From contig CM022678.1 in assembly GCA_012295275.1 (NCBI GenBank), positions 11,284,001-11,348,000 of the forward strand: a DNA stretch of 64,000 bases, read 5' to 3'. Made by a program: the position numbers and the translations under genes. This stretch comes from Chrysomallon squamiferum (Eukaryota > Animalia > Mollusca). Positions 1-18,095 of the stretch are shown piece by piece (positions within the stretch are counted from its first letter, which is position 1; every line of letters starts with the position of its first letter). The notes under the pieces are model-generated. The model was given only the letters and a program-made list of their open reading frames with translations, had not been told where the DNA came from and searched no databases.

Positions 1-41
1 AAAAGAAGTTTATTTTTAATGCAATATTATTTGGTTTACAG

Positions 42-1311
42 AAGAGAGGTGGTGGACAAAGCCAGGGTCAGAGTCAAGGTCAAGGCCAGGGACAGAGTCA
101 AGGTCAGAGTCAAGGCCAGGGCCAGAGTCAGGGACAAGGTAAAGGCCAGGGCCAGAGTCAAGGACAAGGTCAAGGCCAGGGACAGAGTCAAGGTCAAGGT
201 CAAGGACAGGGCCAGAGTCAGGGACAAGGTCAAGGCCAGGGACAGAGTCAGGGACAAGGTCAAGGCCAGGGACAGAGTCAAGGACACGGTCAAGGACAAG
301 GACAAGGACAAGGTCAAGGACAGGGTCAAGGACAAGGTCAAGGACAGGGTCAAGGACAAGGTCAAGGACAGGGACAGGGTAACCAAGACTGCGATGGTGA
401 CAAACAAGGTCAAGGACAGGGCAACAACCAACAAGGTCAGGGCAACAACAAACAAGGTCAGGGCAACAGCCAACAAGGTCAGGGCAACAAACAAGGTCAA
501 GGACAGGGCAACAGCCAACAAGGTCAAGGACAGGGCAACAGCCAACAAGGTCAAGGACAGGGCAACAACCAACAAGGTCAGGGCAACAACAAACAAGGTC
601 AGGGCAACAGCCAACAAGGTCAGGGCAACAACAAACAAGGTCAGGGCAACAGCCAACAAGGTCAAGGCAACAGCAAACAAGGTCAGGGCAACAACCAGCA
701 AGGTCAGGGCAACAGCCAACAAAGCCAGGGCAGTCGTCAAGGTGAGTGTTTATAAATATGTACTTTTATCATCTTCAAACTCAGATGTTGCTGAGTGAAT
801 TCGTTGATGTATTTAAATGTCAGAAGTTTCTAGACTAAACTACATCTGTATTATAATGTATGTTGTTAACAAACTGTTATAATGTATGTTGTTAACAAAC
901 TGTTATAATGTATGTTGTTAACAAACTGTTATAATGTATGTTGTTAACAAACTGTTATAATGTATGTTGTTACAAACTGTTATAATGTATGTTGTTAACA
1001 AACTGTTATAATGTATGTTGTTAACAAACTGTTATAATGTATGTTGTTAAACTGTTATAATGTATGTTGTTACAAACTGTTATAATGTATGTTGTTAACA
1101 AACTGTTATAATGTATGTTGTTAACAAACTGTTAAGTTTTTCATCTCTTAGTTAATATAATATTGTAAAATTTCAAATCCTCTGAATAAAATTTGAAACT
1201 CACAAAATTTAACACTTCTTTATTCTACTTTATAACACTGCACAGACGATGATTTTAATTTTCTTTTCTTTTCTTTCTTTATTTCCAGGCGGCCGTGGAA
1301 ACCGTAACTAG
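42..1311 (+). CDS. GQ-A: Gly/Gln/Asn-rich low-complexity secreted protein, 5'-partial. Exon 2 = 42..741, exon 3 = 1289..1311; signal-peptide exon 1 lies upstream of the window
   Basis: Acceptor tttacag|AAG at 41/42, donor CAAG|gtgagt at 741/742 (700 nt, phase 1), acceptor atttccag|GC at 1288/1289, stop TAG at 1309-1311. Reads KRGGGQSQGQSQGQGQ...GNQDCDGDKQ...(GNNQQGQ-type repeats)...SQGSRQG|GRGNRN*. Splice sites and exon 3 match the complete paralogue GQ-B. This frame is absent from the ORF track because it has no start codon in the window. Confidence 0.85.
851..1133. repeat. 26-bp minisatellite (TTATAATGTATGTTGTTAACAAACTG), ~11 units, in GQ-A intron 2
   Basis: Visible 26-nt periodicity. The same array has ~3 units in GQ-B (~13795-13873) and ~5 units in GQ-C (~21330-21458). 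Confidence 0.9.
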
Positions 1312-1800
1312 ATGACAATCTACCAATCAGGAAACGACTTAGAACTCGCCTCTCTCCTTCTCGACCAATCAAAAAACGTTTTAGAAAACTCTTCTCTCCT
1401 TCTCCTCTAATCAGCGTGATTCACAACAAAACAAAACAAAATTAAAATGGACAATATTAGAGACTTTTCTGCTTCGAAAATTTGAGTTTGATTTTACAAA
1501 AAAATTCTTCTCGACATTTTTCGACATAATAAAAAAAAACTGAATTTTCTATAAGAAAAAAAAATGTTTTGTTAAATTAAATTTCTCTTCCAGTCTGTAT
1601 TCTTTTCTCTGCAATAAAACTTTCTAAAACTGAGAATGTGTTTTAAAATATTGCTATTGTTTCTTGTCCAGTTAGACATCACAATGATCATGATGATGAG
1701 GTGGTAATGATGAGTTTGATGATATAATGATAATGACGTTAATGATGATGAGGATGATGAAATGTATATGAATATAAGTTGGGGATTGTGGATTGTGCAT

Positions 1801-2022
<222 letters not shown>

Positions 2023-2097
2023 GAAAAGGAGTAATTAGTAAACTCAAAGAAGAATGAACTAAAAAAGGACATTAATTATTATTATTAAAAAGGACTA

Positions 2098-2131
<34 letters not shown>

Positions 2132-2647
2132 TATTATTATTATTATTTATTATTATTTTTATTATTTATTATTTATTATTATTATTATTTTTATTACACG
2201 TATGCAAAATTTCTTAGAGGGTGCAAAAAAAAGTAAAAAAAAGACACAGATATTTGGATAGAATGGTGGCATTGCTGTGCTGTTATTATAATGATATCAT
2301 CATCATCATCATCTTCATCATCATCATCATCATCATCTTCATCATCATCATTTTTATTAAATTACTTTTACGCCTTTCGGCTCATTGGCATACATTCATA
2401 TAAAACAGTAGTAGTAGTGGTAGCTGTTGTTGTAGTAACAGTAGTAGTAGTAGTAGCTGTTGTTGTAGTAACAGTTGTAGTGGTAGTAGCTGTTGTTGTA
2501 GTAACAGTTGTAGTAGTAGTAGCTGTAGAAGTGATAAAAGACAGAAGCCAAGTATTTGATTAATGATTTTATTTCACTCGACGTTAACGTGAGATTTCAG
2601 AGAGAATGTTTCCATCGTTGTTTTTTCAGTTCAGTTTAACTTTCCCT

Positions 2648-4989
<2,342 letters not shown>

Positions 4990-5070
4990 CTTGTAAGCGA
5001 GGCTCTACACGATCACGTGATCAGTCTGTCGTCTGCTTTGCAGAAGTGAAGACTCTAACCATTTGAACGG

Positions 5071-5078
5071 TTTATATA
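5071..5078 (-). promoter_or_regulatory. TATA box (TATATAAA) of Kazal-2D
   Basis: 82 nt upstream of the ATG; identical placement in the inverted paralogue (10601-10608). Confidence 0.7.
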
Positions 5079-5626
5079 GCAGAAGAAAACTGTGATTAAA
5101 CTTTAAGACTCTAACAAGCAGCAATAACAGCATAATCTTGATTTCAAGTGTTTTCTTTTATTGGAGTTTTAGAAGCAAATTCTGAACTATGAGTAATAAT
5201 ACACACATTAAATTAGGAAATAAATCTCCATGTTTTTGCTTGTATTAAAAACAGAAGTAAAAAACAGTAGCGAAAAGAGACGTTTGAAATAACTTCGTCA
5301 TAAAGAGGAGAAAGGCACAGCCTTGTTGATGTTGTTTTCAATAAAATTATTAATACGGAATAAAACTGTAAGTGTTTTGTGATTTATTTTGGTTTTAAAA
5401 CTGAACGATATCTTTGCATGGTACACGAAAGTGTTGCGATTATATTAAGCGTGTACTTGAATTTACAAACACACTCATATCGCAGTAATGACTTTTTGAG
5501 TAGAAAATGATTAGCTCTGACTGAAGTTTCAGCTTCAAAGCGGTTTGAAGAACGTTCGACCAGTTTTGGGGTTTAATACGATATGCAAAATGTGTTTAAT
5601 TTAGTAAAAGAGAAAAAAAAAAAAAA

Positions 5627-5627
<1 letters not shown>

Positions 5628-5676
<49 letters not shown>

Positions 5677-5750
5677 TAATAATAATGATAATAATAATAA
5701 TAATAATGATAATAATAATGATAATAATAATAATAATAGTAATAATAATG

Positions 5751-5816
<66 letters not shown>

Positions 5817-6146
5817 GAAAAATATGAAATAAAATGAAATTAAATGAAAATGAAAACAATACGAAACAAAACAAAACACGACAAAAATTAGAAGGAAAAA
5901 ATATTGTTATTTTTATTATTACTACTCACTGATATTAAAATATCAAATTGCAAAATCTGTCCTGTTGTGTTTAAAATATTTCATTCTGTTAAAAGATGAA
6001 GAAGAAGAAAAAAAAAAATATATATATATATATATATAATAATAATGAATAAAGCGCTTTATTTTAATTTTATTTTAAATTATTATTTTATTATTTATTT
6101 TCAGTACGGCAAAACTAACAAATACTTCACAACCGAAATAATAATA

Positions 6147-6242
<96 letters not shown>

Positions 6243-6255
6243 GATGATGATGATG

Positions 6256-6308
<53 letters not shown>

Positions 6309-6345
6309 GATGATGATGATGATAATAATAATAATAATAACAATA
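5628..6345. repeat. (AAT)n / (GAT)n trinucleotide microsatellites (5628-5810, 6138-6345)
   Basis: Visible runs; source of the poly-I/L/Y/N ORFs. Confidence 0.9.
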
Positions 6346-6801
6346 AGTAAATAAATAAATAAATAAATAAATAAACAAACAAATAAATAAACAAATAAAA
6401 AAACAAATAAATAAATAATTTAAAAGATTATAACAGAAAATTAATAAAAGTGTTCTTACTAGGTGATGAAATAATAATAATGACAGAAAGAATATAAAAT
6501 ATTTTTCATATTTATATCCGTAATTTCATTAAAGAATAGTCCGTTCTTTGAAAAAAAAAAAAAAAAAAAAAAAAATAAAAAATAATTTTTTTTTAAAATC
6601 AGCAGCTGATGGTTTTCAATCATTAAAGTAAAAAAACAACAACAACAAAAAAATTACATAAATTTCAAAACCTGTTTAAAATAATTCTAAAATAAAAATA
6701 AATAAATAAATATCTGCTATTAAAATAATCAAATTACAAAAAAACTATTTTTCTTTTGACACACATCAACAACAGCAACAAACGAGAAAAATGAAATAAA
6801 A

Positions 6802-6851
<50 letters not shown>

Positions 6852-6950
6852 ATAGATAAATAAGTAAATATAATATGATACGATGTAATAAAATATAAAT
6901 AACATAAAATAAATTGAAGTAAAAATGTTAAGAAAACAAAAGAAAAGTAA

Positions 6951-8792
6951 AAATAAAATAAATAAGCGCTAGGTAGAACTGTTATAAAAATAAAATAAAT
7001 AAGCGCTAGGTAGAACTGTTATAAAAATAAAATAAATAAGCGCTAGGTAGAACTGTTATAAAAATAAATAAGCGCTAGGTAGAACTGTTATAAAAATAAA
7101 ATAAATAATAGGTAGAACTGTTATAAAAAAAAATAAATATGCTAGGTAGAACTGTTATAAAAATAAAATAAATAAGCGCTAGGTAGAACTGTTATAAAAA
7201 TAAAATAAATAAGAGCTAGGTAGAACTGTTATAAAAATAAAATAAATAAGCGCTAGGTAGAACTGTTATAAAAATAAAACAAATAAGCGCTAGGTAGAAC
7301 TGTTATTAAAATAAAACAAATAAGAGCTAGGTAGAACTGTTATAAAAATAAAACAAATAAGCGTTAGGTAGAATTGTTATAAAAATAAAATTAAAAAAAA
7401 CGCTAGGTAGAACTGTTATAAAAATAAAATTAAAAAACGCTAGGTAGAACTGTTATAAAAAAACAACAAAAAACAAAACGCTAGGTAGAACTGTTATAAA
7501 AATAAAATAAAAAAGCGCTAGGTAGAACTGTTATAATAATAAAATAAATAAGCGCTATGTAGAACTGTTATAAATTAAAATAAATAAGCGCTAGGTAGAA
7601 CTGTTATAAAAATAAAATAAATAAGCGCTAGGTAGAACTGTTATAAATTAAAATAAATAAGCGCTAGGTAGAACTGTTATAAATTAAAATAAATAAGCGC
7701 TAGGTAGAACTGTTATAAATTAAAATAAATAAGCGCTAGGTTGAACTATTATAAAAATAAAACAAATAAGTGCTAGGTAGAACTGTTATAAAAATAAAAT
7801 AAATAAGCGCTAGGTAGAACTGTTATAATAATAAAATAAATAAGCGCTAGGTAGAACTGTTATAAAAATAAAACAAATAAGCGCTAGGTTGAACTGTTAT
7901 AAAAATAAATAAGCGCTAGGTAGAACTGTTATAAAAATAAAATAAATAAGAGCTAGGTAGAACTGTTATAAAAATAAAACAAATAAGCGCTAGGTAGAAC
8001 TGTTATAAAAATAAAACAAATAAGCGCTAGGTAGAACTGTTATAAAAATAAAACAAATAAGAGCTAGGTAGAACTGTTATAAAAAAAAATAAAATAAATA
8101 AGTGCTAGGTAGAACTGTTATAAAAATAAAACAAATAAGCGCTAGGTAGAACTGTTATAAAAATAAAATAAATAAGAGCTAGGTAGAACTGTTATAAAAA
8201 TAAAACAAATAAGAGCTAGGTAGAACTGTTATAAAAATAAAATAAATAAGTGCTAGGTAGAACTGTTATAAAAATAAAATAAATAAGCGCTAGGTAGAAC
8301 TGTTATAAAAAATAAAATAAATAAGCTAGGTTGAACTGTTATAAAAAATAAAACAAATAAGAGCTAGGTAGAACTGTTATAAAAATAAAATAAATAAGCG
8401 CTAGGTTGAACTGTTATAAAAATAAAACAAATAAGAGCTAGGTAGAACTGTTATAAAAATAAAACAAATAAGCGCTAGGTAGAACTGTTATAAAAATAAA
8501 ACAAATAAGCGCTAGGTAGAACTGTTATAAAAATAAAACAAATAAGAGCTAGGTAGAACTGTTATAAAAATAAAATAAATAAGTGCTAGGTAGAACTGTT
8601 ATAAAAATAAAATAAATAAGCGCTAGGTAGAACTGTTATAAAAATAAATAAGCGCTAGGTAGAACTGTTATAAAAATAAAACAAATAAGAGCTAGGTAGA
8701 ACTGTTATAAAAATAAAACAAATAAGAGCTAGGTAGAACTGTTATAAAAATAAAACAAATAAGCGCTAGGTAGAACTGTTATAAAAATAAAA
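6951..8792. repeat. 37-bp tandem satellite (AATAAGCGCTAGGTAGAACTGTTATAAAAATAAAATA), ~50 units
   Basis: Highly regular array with a conserved GCTAGGTAGAACTGTTATA core and variable A-rich linker; no unique spacers. Confidence 0.95.
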
Positions 8793-8950
8793 CGAGGAGT
8801 TTATTTCAGCACGAAGTTGAACAAAGCGAGACAGGCTGACTTGTTTATTTCTGAGAAATCTGAACGCTGCGTTGTGACGTCACGAGTTTTTGTTTTTCCA
8901 CTTCACAGCAGATCGCTTCAAACAAAGACAAACAGCACGATTCGTGAAAA
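8793..8950. promoter_or_regulatory. Candidate enhancer island with palindromic CRE (GTGACGTCAC, 8874-8883), forkhead-like TGTTTAT and AACAAAG sites
   Basis: Only CpG-rich unique patch in the spacer between the two divergent Kazal promoters; motif matches by eye only. Confidence 0.35.
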
Positions 8951-9270
8951 TACATTCTGAAAATAATTCAGAACGAAATAAAAGAATAATAATGATTAAA
9001 ATTAGACTTAGGATCAAAATTAAAATTGATTAAAAAAAAAAAAAATTAAAAGAAAAATAATATAAAATAAAATGAAATATAAAAAAAAAAAAAAATAAAA
9101 TAAAATAAAATAAATAATAAAATATAATACTAATAAAAAAAAATTATTAAAATTAAAAAATAAAACAATAAAAATACTTATATATAAAATAATATAATTA
9201 AAATTAAAATGAAATGAAATGAATTGAAAATAATACAGAATAAAGAAGTAAAACTAAAAATAAATAAAAT

Positions 9271-9304
<34 letters not shown>

Positions 9305-9885
9305 CATAAATAAAAATAATATAAAATAAAACATAAAAATAAAATACTTAAATATAAAATTATATAATTAAAATAAAAATTAAAATGAAGTGAAATGAAA
9401 ATAATACAGAATAAAGAAGTAAAACTAAAAAGAAAAAAGCAACAACTAAATAATAACAAAATTAAAATAAAATAAATTAAAATAAAATAATAATATAATA
9501 AAGTAAATTAACTTATAAATTAAAAAATATTTAAATTAATTTTAAAAAATAAAAAATAAAAAATAAAATAAAATAAATATATAAATAAAAATAAATAACA
9601 GAAAATAAAACAAAATAAAAAATAAAAATACTCATATATAAAATAATATACTTAAAATTAAAATTAAAATTAAATTAAATGAAAATAATACAGAATAAAG
9701 GAGTAAAACTAAAAAAAAGAAAACTCAATAATGATAAGTTGACAGTAAAAATAATTAAAATAAAATAATAATAAAATAAAATAAATTAACTTATTAAATA
9801 ATAAGAACATAAAAAGAAAATTAAAAGAAAAATTATATTAAAAGTAAAAAATAAAATAAAATAATAATAATAATAAATTAATTAA

Positions 9886-9924
<39 letters not shown>

Positions 9925-10600
9925 GTTTGGAATGGGCAATGGCAGAAATGACTCCCTGAGTAGGATTGATCTGGAAACTATCACCACTGAGCCTCTCTTT
10001 CATATCACAAAACCACAGTTCATCTGTTTCAGCATAGACAAACTTTTAATTATTATTATTATGATTCAAAAAAAAAAAAAAAAAAAAATTCAATAACGTA
10101 AAGACATTTCAGATTAAACCCGAAAACTGTTAAAACCACTTTGAAGCTGAAAGTTCAGTTAGAGCAAATTATTTTCTACTCAAAAAGTCATTACTGCGAT
10201 ATGAGTGTGTTTGTAAAATCTTCTACATGCTTAATATAATCGCAACACTTTCGTGTACCATGCAAAGATATCGTTCAGTTTTAAAACCAAAATAAATCAC
10301 AAAACACTTACAGTTTTATTCCGTATTAATAATTTTATTAAAAACAACATCAACAAGGCTGTGCCTTTCTCCTCTTTATGACGAAGTTATTTCAAACGTC
10401 TCTTTTCCCTACTGTTATTTACTTCTGTTTTTAATACAAGCAAAAACATGGAGATTTATTTCCTAATTTAATGTGTGTATTATTAATCATAGTTCAGAAT
10501 TTGCTTCTAAAACTCCAATAAAAGAAAACACTTGAAATCAAGATTACTCTGTTATTGCTGCTTGTTAGAGTCTTAAAGTTTTATCACAGTTTTCTTCTGC

Positions 10601-10608
10601 TATATAAA
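10601..10608 (+). promoter_or_regulatory. TATA box (TATATAAA) of Kazal-1D
   Basis: ~25-30 nt upstream of an initiator-like TTCACTT (~10629-10635) and 82 nt upstream of ATG 10690. Confidence 0.7.
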
Positions 10609-10689
10609 CTGCTCAAATGGTTAGAGTCTTCACTTCTGCAAAGCAGACGACAGACTGATCACGTGATCGTGTAGAGCCTCGCTTACAAG

Positions 10690-11953
<1,264 letters not shown>

Positions 11954-12415
11954 AGGGAAAGTTAAACTGAACTGAAAAAACAACGATGGAAACATTCTGT
12001 CTGAAATCTCACGTTAACGTCGAGTGAAATAAAATCATTAATCAAATACTTGGCTTCTGTCTTTTATCACTTCTACAGCTACTACTACTACTACTGTTAC
12101 TACAACAACAACTACTACTACTACTACTGTTACTACAACAACAGCTACTACTACTACTACTGTTACTACAACAGCAGCTACCACTACCACTACTGCTTTA
12201 TATTAATGTATGCCAATGAGCCGAAAGGCTTAAAACTAATTTAATAAAAATAATGATGATGATGATGATGATACCACTACAGCATAAGAAGAACAACTAC
12301 TACCACCATTACAACTACTAATACTACTATTTCCAGTAATACTTTATAAATACTACAATTATTACTATCATTATTGATATTATTAATATCTCCCTCACAC
12401 ACACACACACACACC

Positions 12416-12510
<95 letters not shown>

Positions 12511-12639
12511 TTCAATTATTTTTTATTTTTTATTGCTAAAGTAAATATATTACGAAATGATGATTATTACTGGAGCCCAATGTTCACTATTAATAAAGTA
12601 AGACAATAAGATAACAAGCTGTATTCTAGATTCAGTGTA

Positions 12640-12975
12640 TTGCTACCTCGTCTCTGTGTAACACTGTAACAGTTGAGGAGTGGACGGTTTTAGGATCAAC
12701 TCTCGATAGCGCTTTAATGTTACTTTATCAAATCACGTGGTACGTGCTTCCCTGTCTATGTGACAGTGCATATGTGTGTGTGTAAACAAATGAAATTAAC
12801 AAAACGACACTTTTTGTTAATCTGAAAGAAAAAAAACAGCCAATCGTACGACTGCAGCGGGTTTCCTTTCTCATTAATCATATAAATATATATCTATCTA
12901 TATATATATATTTAATTAAATGTTTGATGACGTATAATCGTTGATTAAAAAGGTGTTTAGTGTTAAGGTAAAATA
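12640..12975 (+). mobile_element. Decayed SINE-like element (Meta-domain-type); second copy at ~20090-20385
   Basis: CGTGGTA(C/T)GTGCT.CCCTGT.TATGTGAC.GTGCAT...CAGCGGGTTTCCTTTCTC...GTGTTTAGTGTT resembles, from memory, the central and 3' part of gastropod Meta-type SINEs. Related fragments at ~9925-9995, 27170-27245, 31895-31965, 40540-40590 and 52780-52895. Not verified against a repeat library. Confidence 0.45.
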
Positions 12976-13079
12976 TTACAATTTCAGCCAGATCATTTGT
13001 TATTAAGGAAACATTCAGATGACAGATTATTTTAAAGTCTATTTTTTTTTTTTTTTTTTTTTTTATAGTTGCTTATTTC

Positions 13080-13218
<139 letters not shown>

Positions 13219-14992
13219 ATGTAAATTTCATTTGGAAAGTTCATCGTTAACATCAATTTAACAAAATCATTATTACGATTTTATTACGAAATCTATCTTG
13301 ACAAGACACACAAACATTAGCAATAATTCAACACAATCTCAGTTTTAGAAAGTTTTATTGCAGAGAAAGTATAAAGACTGGAAAAGAAACAAGATTTTTT
13401 TATGTCGAAAAATGTCAAGAAGAATTTTTTTGTAAAATCAAACTCAGATTTTCGAAGCAGAAAAGTTTCTAATATTGTCCATTTTAATTTTGTTTTGTTT
13501 TGCTGTGAATCACGCTGATTAGAGGAGAAGGAGAGAAGAGTTATCTAAAACGTTTTTTGATTGGTTGAGAACGAGAGACGCGTTCAAAGTCGTTTCCTGA
13601 TTGGTAGATTGTCATCTAGTTACGGTTTCCACGGCCTCCTGGAAATAAAATAAGAAAAGAAAAGAAAATTAAAATCATCGTCTGTGCAGTGTTATAATGT
13701 AGAATAAAAAAGTGTTATTTTTTCATGCGTTTAAAATTTCATTCAAAGGAATTGAAATTTTACAATATTATGTTAACAAAGAGATGAAAAACTTAACAGT
13801 TTGTTAACAACATACATTATAACAGTTTGTTAACAACATACATTATAACAGTTTGTTAACAACATACATTATAATACAGATGTAGTTTAGACTAGAAACT
13901 TCTGACATTTAAATACATCAACGAATTCACTCAGCAACATCTGAGTTTGAAGATGATAAAAGTACATATTTATAAACACTCACCTTGACGACTGCCCTGG
14001 CTTTGCTGGTTGCCTTGACCTTGCTGGCTGTTGCCTTGACCTTGCTGGTTGTTGCCCTGTCCCTGACCTTGTTTGTCACCATCGCAGTCTTGGTCACGGT
14101 CTTTGTCACCCTGACCCTGGCCCTGGCTCTGGCCCTGGCCCTGGCCTTGACCTTGACCATGACTCTGGTCCTGACCTTGACCTTGACTCTGGCCCTGGCC
14201 TTGACTCTGACCCTGGCTTTGTCCACTACCTCTCTTCTGTAAAGCAAATAACATTATAATTAAAGATAATCTCTGATAGTACGTAATGGGATTATTTCCC
14301 AAACAACAACAATGAAATATCTACTGAATAATAATTTAAAAAAAATAAAAGACTTAAACAACAAACAAAAAAATAATGATGATGATGATGATGATGATGA
14401 TAATAATAATAATAATAATTTTAAAAATGAAAATAATAAATACTACCACTACTACTACTACTACTACTACAACAAATACTACTACTACTACTACTACTAC
14501 TACTACAACAAATACTACTACTACTACTAATAATAATAATAATTAATTAAGTTTATTTATTTTAATTCTTTTTCTAAATAATGCTCATTAAATTTGATCA
14601 CTATAAACTTTTAAATACTGTTAATATTTTTTATTAAATTTTAATTTTTGTTCTGTGATTTTGTTCTACATTTTTATATACTGCGCTTAATATTATAACG
14701 TCTTTTATTATTTCTCGAATTTTGACATTTTTAATATTTCTATTTATGTAAAATATTTATTATTTTTACTAGTTTAAAATATTTATTTTTTAAAACTACA
14801 CTTTTCCACTGGAAATAAAATTTTAAAATGCATGTGCACAATATATATATATATATCTATATCTATATCTAACTATATAACTGTCTGTCTATCTATGAAT
14901 CTGCCTAGCTATAAGCAATTTAAATGTTTGTGGAATACATTACATAGATCTTATAATGTAAGAATGAAATATTTTAATTTAATATACATAAA

Positions 14993-15026
<34 letters not shown>

Positions 15027-15751
15027 ACAAATTATTTTAAAACTTCAATTACACTTTTCTTCTTTACTAATTTAAACAAAAAATATAATACATAAATTTA
15101 TATAACTTATATAAATAATTATCGTAATTTTGAACAAACTTAATTACTGGAAATACGAAATAAAAGTATTAATAAATATTTTAAAATCACAAATATAATA
15201 ATAATCGTTTCTTTTTTTTTTTTTTTTTTTTTTTTTTCGTAGCTTTTAAAATTGACCTTTCTATATAATATTAAGAAACAAATAAATTTTGTAATTTTTC
15301 AAAATAATTCAGCATACTTAAAACATCAATATGTGCCCTATTTAAAATATAGCATTAGTAAATAATTTTATAATTCATCTTTCTAAAATTTATCTTTCTG
15401 TATATGCAAGATACAACTTATTGAAATTTTCGAAACAATTCAATAAATTTAAAATATCTACATATGCATCACCCAAATTCGAATTTTAAAATGTTCAGTT
15501 ACATTTTTCTGCGTTAACATTTTATAATGTAATTACAATGTAAAATGTAATACATTTATAATTCATTTTTTCTTTTCTATTTATATGATGATTAATGAAA
15601 GCGTGAAACAAAAATATTAAAAGAATTTGAAAATTTAATTTTTCTGAACGTCAAAGTTAAAAAAGAAATTAAAAAAAAAATTCAACAAAAGTAAATGAAT
15701 AAATAAATAAATAAATAATAATGATAGAAATACTAATAATAAGGTAAAAAA

Positions 15752-15808
<57 letters not shown>

Positions 15809-16169
15809 TATTATTATTATTATTTATTTTATTTTACTTTTTTTCTTAATTTCAGCGAATTAAATAACCTAAATATATTTTTTGATAATTTGCGAAATAA
15901 TTTAATACATTTAAAAATATATATTTGTTCTTCATATAGAGTAGAATTTTAAAATATAAAATATACCAGTAAAAAATATAAAGCATATGTACTAACATAA
16001 AACAAAAAATATATACAACTACTAGTTTAACATACAAAGCATGTTTACTATCATATAAAATAAAAAATATATCTGCTACTGTAATATATAAAGTGTGCAT
16101 ATTAACATAATAAAATAAAACATATCTCAACTATATATGTACTACCATTTTAAAAAAAATATATATATA

Positions 16170-17290
<1,121 letters not shown>

Positions 17291-18060
17291 TTTGTTTGTT
17301 TGTTTGTTTAGCTAGTTAGTTAGTTGCTTACCTATTTATTTATTATTTGTTGTTATTTTTTTTTTTGGTTTTATTACTTTTTTTTTTTTCTGAAACAGCT
17401 ATTCAGTTTTGGTTATTTTTCTTTTTTTTCTTTTTATTTTTTTTTTTTTTTTAATTTTTATTTTTTTTTTTTAGTGTGTGTTTGTACACGTTACAGCTAT
17501 TTTTTAACTAGTTACTGTAAATTAGATATGAAGCTCGTGGTTTCTAAAAATAGCTGAATAAAGACGGGGGGGGATAGTCTCACCTTCCAGGACGCCATGA
17601 TGAACAGCGCTAATTTAAAACATTTTTATTTTTTTTAAAACTTTGTTTTTTTTTTTCTCTCTTGTAATCTTACTGATGTTGTTAATGTCGACTGAATAAA
17701 AAAAAAGATTTAGAAGAAAACTTTACACAAAAAAACAACAAAAAAACAAAATATTAATAATAATAATAATAATGATAAAACAGTAATAATAATAATAATA
17801 ATAATAAAATAGTAATAATAATAATAATAAATAATAATAATAAAAAAATAATAATAATAAATAATAATAATAATAAAAAAAAAAATAATAATAGAAATAA
17901 TAATAATAATAAAATAGTAATAATAATAAAAAAAAAAAAAAATAATAATAATAATAATAATCATGGTTATGAAGATAAAAAAAAATAAATAAACAAAGTC
18001 ATTAAAGAAAAAAAAATGGAAAGAAGGAATAAAATAAAAATAAAACAAACAAAGGACAGG

Positions 18061-18095
<35 letters not shown>

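Noticed and set aside
19-798. 259-aa V/K/D/R-rich ORF (+) and 234-aa L/T/A/S-rich ORF (-), plus equivalents at 13927-14247, 13985-14242, 21486-21788 and 21571-21849
   Set aside because: Alternative and antisense frames of the GQ repeat exon, stop-free only because of codon repetitiveness. Splice phases and the signal-peptide exon select the GQ frame.
6951-8792. CRISPR-like array (37-bp repeats)
   Set aside because: Head-to-tail units with no unique spacers, no cas genes, eukaryotic context
13970-14302. Unspliced 110-aa ORF MGNNP...QGECL as the GQ-B gene
   Set aside because: Correct frame, but its start lies in intron 1 and its end reads through the gtgagt donor. The N-terminal part is not conserved in A or C.
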